DNA from: a virus
Lineage: Duplodnaviria > Caudoviricetes
Reading direction: 5' to 3' (one strand)
IMG/VR virus record: IMGVR_UViG_2030936005_000025
Coordinates: 1-64,000 of that record
DNA length: 64,000 nt
Shown here: positions 37,501 through 46,500 of the stretch, piece by piece
How the letters are laid out: each line of letters opens with the position of its first letter
Numbering within the stretch: position 1 is the stretch's first letter
Notes under the pieces: generated by a model
Databases searched by the model: none
Told to the model about the DNA's origin: nothing
The model's input: the letters and a program-made list of their open reading frames with translations, nothing else
Program-made: the position numbers and the translations under genes

Positions 37501-40500
37501 GAACCTGGTCTTACCATCGAGAAGACACCGGTCACCGACACCCGTATTGAGGTCATTGATCTTAACGCGATTCTGTTGATGAACGATACCTGGTCTTACG
37601 TTGGTACGACAAATAAAGAAGTGTCTGGCTTCAAGTTAACTTATGTTGACCCAGAAGACAAAAAGGAATACACCACCAGTTTCCCATTTGACATCTATGT
37701 GACTTATCCTGCACTGGAATTAAAGTACACTGGACCTCAAGAGATCAATGCAAAGATCTGGGATACCGGAACGTTCCCGATTCAGTTGATCGCGGGAACC
37801 AAGGATTTCACTTCTTCTATTGTTGCGACCAGTGTAGTAACGGGTAAGAAATATGTTTCTGTCAACAAACTCGATTGGGATGTGATTCTTGCTGAATCTA
37901 CAGCAACCTCTCAGATTGTTGGTTTGAACATTGGCTGGCGTGTTGGTAAATCTAGCGGTAACTTCCCTGCTGACTTCAAGTTTAACTTGGCGGCTTGGGA
38001 TGGTATTACTTTCGCAGAAACCGCTCACAGCCCGGAAAAGATCGAAGGTGCTTCTGGCGACAAAGGCGAATTCACTGCCTCCTTTATCTATAAAGGTAAA
38101 GATGCCACAGCCACCACAAAGTTTGACAAAGCAAGTTCCACTATCCCTGATACGGTGATTCTGGGTACTCCAGCTTACGACGCAGATAAAGGTCTGGTGA
38201 TTCCTTACGAGTTGACGCTCGGCGGTGACTTCCCAATGACACTTGTTTTTGTTTCACCTTCTGACCCTGACATGACTGTCTCTATTAATGTTGACACGTC
38301 CGTGGCATGGCCTGACGATATTAACATCGTTAATAAAGGTGATAACGTTCGTGGGTATTGGAATGACTCGGTTACCTATCCACTGGTAATCAACGTTGCA
38401 GGTACGCCGGTTAATTTAACCGATGCTAACCTCAGCTTGAATTTCAGTTCAGGTGATGATAATCCGATTGAGCTGACGGAAGCCAAAGAAACAAGTCTGA
38501 TCTTGTTACTGGCCAAAGGTGGTGATCTGGGTACGTCCTACGATTACACCATCACGATTGACTTGGAATATACCAATCAGGCAACTGGTAAAGTGTACAA
38601 CAAGCAGATCGAAGTTCCTGCTACCATTCGTGTTCCTGATGTGAAGGCGACGAATAACCCGACCATCAATGCCAATGTGTTCGACATCGGTAAGATTCCA
38701 GTTACGCTGGTTGATGAGCGCGGTAAAACGATTGAAATCACCAAGTGGGGATTATCGGGCGCAGGTACTAACGTCATTCTCATGGATCCTAGCAACTGGT
38801 ACATCACTAACGGTTCAACCATTGGTTCTGTTCCAGGTGAGCTTCCACTTCGTCTGGGTTACACCATGGGCGGTGTTGAGCGCACTATTGATGTGCTCGA
38901 GAAGTTTACCATTGCTAAGTGGGATGGAGTTTACTTCAAAGCTACTACCAAAGTTGTCAAGATTGAAGGCAACGGTGGTGACACTGGCGAGATTCCTTTT
39001 GAGTTTACTTATCAGGGTCTACCGAGTGTAGGTGTTACGCTTGATCGTAGTCGTTCAGATATTCCAGACAACATTGCCATTGGCGAGTTGGATGATGAGA
39101 ACAATCTGACCTACACCCTGTCTGGACAAGATGAGGGAGATCTCAAACTGTGCTTCGTTCGTCCTGATGCTATTGAACCAATGCAGGAAGGTCGTGACTA
39201 TGCACTGGTCTCGTTCTCTGTTAAGACGACGTCTACCAACTTACCGTTCACGCTGGAAAGCAGCGATAACAAAGTTGATGTGGATTGGGGTAAAACGGCA
39301 ACGGTGAAGTTCGTTGTTAAATACGGCGACAAAGTTGTTCCTAATGACACTCCAGGTCTGAAGATCACGCTGGCTGATGCTGCAGTGCATGGTATCAGTA
39401 TTCAGAAAGTGACCAAAGACGGCATTGAGATCAAAGGGATTCGCTCTGATGTAGCAGGTTCGACTAAGTCGTACGCTGAGACATTCAATGTGAGCTATGA
39501 AGTGGGTGCACCAGAACCTAAGCAGGTGTCTTTCGATACCACTGCTAATGTGAGTATGGGTGCTGCGACCATCTTCAACAACAACGATGTCAAAGTTAAG
39601 ATTTGGGACACGGGTTCATTCGCACAGGTCGTGCAGTTCAATGGTATCACGTTGAACACCATCGATCACTTCGAAATTCAGAACAGTGCCGATAATAAAT
39701 ATATCGAAGTCACCCCTCCTCGCGGTTATGAAGTTATTGGTGCTGAGATTGCTACTGGATCTCAGGAAATCCCAATGACGGTTTACTACCGTGTTGATGG
39801 AACCACTGAGTTGCAGAAGTTAGACTTTAAAGCCACCTTCACCATTACTGGCTCAACGTCTGTACGATTCAAGGTCACACCAAGCCCAACCAAAGTTGAG
39901 GGTTCTCTCAACAATGAATCTGTGGTGCGTTGCACACCTATCTATAAAGACAAACCAGTTGGCGGACGTGCTACCTTCAAACCTGCACTTTCTACCATTC
40001 CTCCTCAGTTAACACTGAAAGATTTTAAAGTGGTCAACAATGACTACGTTATTACTTTCGTGGGTGCTAAAGGCGGTCTGGCAACAATGGACTTGGTCTT
40101 CTGGGCTCCAGATGTCACTGATCCACCGAAAGCACGTGATGTTGCTACTGCAACGTTTGATGTTAAAGTCATGGGTGAATTGGGACTTGAGATCGGTACA
40201 CGTGACAACCTGCTTACAGGTAAGAACGCAGACACCGGTACTTATCGTCTCCAGATCTTGTTTGGTGGTATTCCGATCGATGCTGCAGCAGATATTGCTT
40301 CAGGTAATCTGACTGCCACAAGGGAAGCAGGTGTTCCTTCGTCGATGAACGCTAACGTGATCACGATTGATAAATGGAACGCAGAGTCCTACGACTACAC
40401 CTTGGCTGGTTGTGTACAACCTAACGCAACAGTGAACGTATCCGATTTCATCAACTTGACTTATAAGTACGGTGGAACGAACTATACACGTCGCGTTGAG

Positions 40501-43500
40501 ATTCCTCTGAAGTATACCAGTAGCACGCCTGATTTCACCGGCTGGCCAACTGCGTACCTCAAGGTCTTCTCTAAAGGGACATTGTCACCAACCGTGAAAT
40601 GTGATGGGGTAACTATTAACGGTATCAACTCTATTGCCAACTATGGCGATACGGATGACGCTTATGTGACCCTGGGTGGAACAACTAAGCAATATGAGAT
40701 CTTTAACGGCGACACCGTCGATATTACTCATTTGGTTCATGCTCGTGTTATCGGTCTTTACCGTAACTGGACCTGGACTGCTGAAATTGACATTCCATTC
40801 AACATCCTGGCTTGGAACCAAAGAACCTGGGATCCGACATTATCGGGTGCTCCTTGGTCAGTGTATATGGACCTCACCGGTACAGCGACTCGTCAGGTTA
40901 ACTTGACGGCGTATTACCGCAATGGGCTTTACTCTGGGTTCTCAAGTAAAACAGGTGATTTGATTTACCGAGATAAGACTGATCTTCTTGGTTTAGTTGG
41001 TCTGGATTATTCAGCGTATGCATCCGCAACCACCCAGTTCTACCGGATGACTGCGAAGAAACCTGGAAAGGGAACATTAAAACTCTCCTTCCGCAATCCT
41101 GAAAGCACAACTGTTCCAGGTAAAGAAGGTGTGGATTACACCAACGTTGATTATGACGTTGAGGTAAAAGAAAACACACTGATTGGATCCACATCGGGCA
41201 CACCTACCGGTGGTAATGGCGATACTGCTACTATTACCTTGGTTGTTCGTCAGGAATCCAACAACAGTCAAATCCAAAACACTAACCAGTATTTGGAAAT
41301 TGCAACGGTTAATGAAGATGTGTTTAAAATCACATCGAAAGCTGCAAGTACGATTACTGTTCTGGTAACGGCACCGCTCTCTGTTCCTGATGGCGTTGTG
41401 AATGTTCCGATGACCTTTAAGTACACCGACCCTAACACTGGGTTTGTGACCAAAGGTACGTTTGACTATCCGTTTATCATTAAGCGTCCTTCTGATTATC
41501 CAACTGTGCGTCAGACTAACACAGTGCAGACTTACCGTCTGTTCGACTATGGACCTAACCCGTTCACAGTAACTTCAGAAGGCCAGAACGTTAGTGCTAA
41601 AGTTATCCCGATCTCCTGTAATGATACCATTAGCGCTGGAGTCGGAACAGGCAACCAACCTCCTTATATGGAGATGTCTTACAACGATCCGGTTGATGGT
41701 AACTGGTTCTGGATTACTAAGGTGTTCAATGTTAGTCAATCCCAGGGTCGTGTAAGTGAGTGGGTCATTCGTGTCCCTTATCGTGGCTCAACGGTTGATA
41801 TTACCGCACGGTTCAGTTATAACCTGTATGGCGGAACCAACATTACTGAGTTCTACGTTGCTGCTAACCAAAGCAAGTTCTTGACAATGAAGGTAGGTGA
41901 CCAAGTCACTCTTCCATTCACCATCAAGTATCGTAACCTTGCCTACGGTAAAGCGGTATTCAAGCCTGATGCAGTCGCCACAGAACAGGGTTATCCTACT
42001 CCGTTCAGTGAAAACTATAAGTTCATCAAGCAAGAATATGATCCTTCAACTCAATTGACGAACATTACCTTTGAGGTTGTGAAGTTAAATCTCAATGCAA
42101 CAGTACCGTTTATCTTTGACTTGAAAGCTGATCAAACTAACCCAGTGATGAACAGTAACCGCGGACTTGGTTTTTCCGTTGCTTATGGTTTAACGATTAC
42201 CCCATCGACAGATAACATCTGGAACATGTGGCAAACTCGTTTCCTGAGCGGCATGGTTTCTATCAAGGATGGTAGCACCGAACTGGTTTCAAGCTGTACA
42301 GTTCTGTCAGTAAGCAGCCCACTGTTCGTACAACAAAGTACCGGGGTCAACCCACGCTTTGCATTGCAGAGTGATGTGGCAATACCTGCTCAGAAACTTG
42401 ATGTTGTTTATGAGATTCAGCTGCCTGCAGCTTATTTCAATACGGTTATCAAAGTAACGATTCCAGCAAACATCAATGAGTATGACGGTGTTGAGTTCTA
42501 TATCGAACGTAATGGTAGTGGTCCAAGCTGGCCAGTTGCGGCGATCGGTAGCACTAAAGTTGCGGTTGACTATCTGTGGTGTTATTACCGTGGTTCTCGT
42601 ATGACTGCTAGTTTAATCCCTAGTCAGGTGACGAGTACAACGGCTGCATTAAGAGAAAAGAACAAGGATGTGGATGGCGGTTCTGGATTAATTTGGAATG
42701 GGATGTCGTACAATACCAGCTCCAACCTTCAGTTCCTGAGTTTCTCATCTGGCAGACAGATTAACGGTAAAGATGTTGTCTTCCCGATCGACTATAAAGG
42801 TCCGGGATATGATAATTACCCAGTAGGAACTAAAGGCAAGAACTACTTTGAGTATACGGTACCTGCTGCTAAGTTCTACGAGAATGCACTTTATCCTTAT
42901 CCATCGGACAAAGTGATTGATCAAGTACAAGGGTCTAAAGGGGATCGTGTTAACGTTCCAATTACCTTTACTGTGGGTAAAGACTTCACCGACAACCCAA
43001 TACTTCCAGGAAACCTGACAAGTTGGGTAATCATCAATGCCAGCGATTTAGCCGGTGTGGTGAGCAAGCCATCGAGTAACCCGAACACAGCAACGGGAAT
43101 TGTTCTTCAGGTTAACTTGGATAACCGTGGTGACGATGTTCTTGTAAATGTACCTATCCGCTTTACCTATAACACCACATATCGTGGGACTTCTATTAAC
43201 AGCTCTGTCGACATGACTGTTCCGCTGTTAATTAAAGGTACAGGGACAGGCGATCAGGTTGTTGTAACACCAGGCACTTTTACAAACTCTCGTGTGTGGG
43301 ATGTCAGTGGGCCAGCGTTGGCAATCACCGTTAACGGCGTGGCAATCACTTACAATCAGATTACCGATATTCAGATTGCTCCTAATCCGTATATCCGTCG
43401 GCCTGAGGTCAACCCTAATACGACAAGTCGTTGGTTTGAGATCTACAATGGTAAAACAGATGGACCGACGCAAACGACCGCAACGTTCACTGTGACGTTT

Positions 43501-46500
43501 AATGATGGTGCTCGTACTCGCACTATTACTCAAGACGTTCCAATTACCATTCAGAAGTACAGTGGTAGTCCTTGGGCAATCACGGTAATGGTTCCGAATA
43601 ACCCGAATAACACGACGTACAACATCGGTTTAAGTGGTTATCTTAATAGTTACCAAAACCTGAGCTTGATGGTTTACTACAAAAATGCTGCCTTGACTGA
43701 AGCATTTGCAAGCACCATTGGGATGGATGTAACTGCGGGGAGTTTCGACACTCCTGGATTCAGTAACCCAACGACACAACAGTACTACTATGTCACGGCT
43801 GGTAACACTAATCCTGGTCCTTGCTTCCAGATTCTGTTCCGGGCGGGTGCAGTTGATACTTTAGAGAAGAAAGCCGGTAAGATCAAGTTTGGTTTCCTTA
43901 ACAAACTGACTGACCCTAATTCTGTCGAAGGTCAAGACTGGGTGTATGTGGATGTATCTTGCTTAACTTATGTTTCTGGCAAGACCTACATTTACGAACA
44001 AGGTGTAACGGAATTCACCAGTAAATACACTAACCCAATTACCAAGGTCAAGTTGCCGTTCAAAATCCGTCGTGATAACCAAATGGTAGGATTGAACGTT
44101 ACTTCGTATAACCCTGCGCTTTCTAATCAGGGTAACTTGGCACTGGTGTTCAACGAGAGTGATGTGGCTACCAATATCACAGTAGGTTTCAATGCTGAAC
44201 TTGTTTCTCAGAAACAGCAGACGTTGGACACTATTGTCTGGATTGGTAACGGACAGAATAACACACTGTCTGCTCAGGGTGTGGTGAGAGCGACCCAAAT
44301 CTCCAACTACGACTTCCCAACTGTCGGAACGGTGAATTCTGTTAATGCTCAGTTGAACCAACGTGGTGGATTACCATTCACCTTGAAGGATGATTCTGGC
44401 AACGACATTACTTCTACTGCAACGATTACAGCGATCTCGACTAACGATTACGTTAAGTTAGATTCAGGTCAATGGCTCTGCTACAGTGTACGTTCTGCGG
44501 ATACTCAAATCCAAGTTACGTTCACGTATCAGCTCACTTACAAAGGCAACTTGCTCACCATGAAGCAAGATGTTCCGTTTGTGATTAAGCCGTTCACTGG
44601 TCAACCTACCGTTAGTGATGTTCAGGTTGTTAATGGGAAAGTATGGGATATCGGAAGTAAGATTCCGTTCACCATCAATATCAATGGCAATCCAGTACCG
44701 AGCACTTGGATCACAGCACTGACAGGAACCTCTGCCAATAACCGTGTTCAAGTTACCAGTCTGGCAGAACCTTGGTATATCGTAGCGGGTAGTAAGGATG
44801 CTGCTGTTTCTGATACCGTGAGCTACGTAGCAACAGTCACCGATGGAACCAATACCTGGACAGTTAAACAGGATGTGGTCTTCAACATCGCGAAATACGA
44901 TGGAGTGGAACTCTCAGCCCGTATTCTGACGTCAGGTGGTGGTAACGCTGAATTGCAAACGGTGTTCTATCCGTACAACGCAACCAGCATTGTGGGGATT
45001 ATCTTCAATCTCTACTCTAAAGGTAGGTTGGTCGCTAATACGGGGATTGCGAGTCTCAATGTAGGTAAAGGGCTCGTTGCTTCAGGAACAAGTGCATCTG
45101 GAGCCAATGCAACATGCAACATCAAAGGTAATAACACTGTTAGTGGAAATACTGAAACGTCCATGACAGTTCAGTTGACCATTCGTGGATCCGCTGCAAC
45201 AACAGAGGGTATCGACATTCTGACAGTGACCATTCCGGTGTTTATGGTTCAGGGTACGGGTCAGTTGTTGGTTCACCCAAGAACAACGAAAGCCATGACA
45301 GGCAAATACGGCACGCCGGTTTCTCTTGACGCTTATCTCATTAAGTATGTCAGTGAAGCAGGAAGTCGATTCGTTGATCTAACAACCGGTAACACTACTA
45401 TTACGTTTGCCCCATCAGACGTTATTACCTTGGTCCCTGGTTCTATTACAGCTCAAGGCTATAAGGTCAACTTCGCATCTCGTCTGTACGCGGACACGGT
45501 GAAGGATGTCGTGGTAACGGTAACCAATGGCGGTGTTTCGAAAACTTACACCTTGAACACAACGCAGTTGGCTTCTCCTGCTGATCAACCGGATGTGAAG
45601 GATAATAACGGTCAAACAGCAAGTGTCAACCAGTCTGGTGCAATGCCATTCAAGTTAGTTGATCCTGATACTCAGGAAGACGTAACCTCAAAAGCGACTA
45701 TCTCTTCTATTGCTAGCAACGATTACATCGAGCTGGTTAACGGTAAGTGGTACGCTAAGAAGGACGTGGCAACTGACACCCACACCAACGTGACCTTTAC
45801 CTTAACTTTGAATTATCGCGACAAAGATATCGGTATGGACGTTGTGGTTGATTTCTTGATCAAACCGTTTGATGGGAAGTTTACTGTCACGGACAAGAAA
45901 GATATCACCGCTAAGGTGTGGGATAGAGGAACAGTTCCTCCATTTGGTCTCAGTGTAAACGGCAACCCAGTTCCAACTTCTTGGATTACAAGCTGGGAAA
46001 CCTCGCCTACTGACACCTACGTAGCAGTTGCTGCAAATGGTTCATGGCAGGTTATTGCAGGCGATCAAACCAAAGGCGTCACTGTTACTGTTGGATATGC
46101 TGCGAACATTACTGTTCCGGGTGGGAATACCACTAAGAACGTAACGCAGGTTACTTTCAACATTAGTCAGTATGACGGTATTGAGTTCAAACTCAACCTG
46201 GCTAACCTTCAGGCAGGTAATAAAGAACTGCAAGCTATCTTCCTCACCTATAATGCCAGCAGTACCAATGGCATTTATTTCGAAGGTCGATACCGCGGAG
46301 ATCTTGTACCGAGTCCTATTGGTGTGTCGTTGAGTGGGGGTTATCTGAGAATCGGTAACGGACCTATTAATGGTGCGTCTTCCGTTGCTTGGGCAGTTCA
46401 ACCTTCCGGTGCTCCGGCTAGAGGCACAGCTGCCTGGACGGCGAGAATTAAGCGTGCAAGTAGTGCTGGTAACATTGAGAACTCAGATGTTGCTTCATTA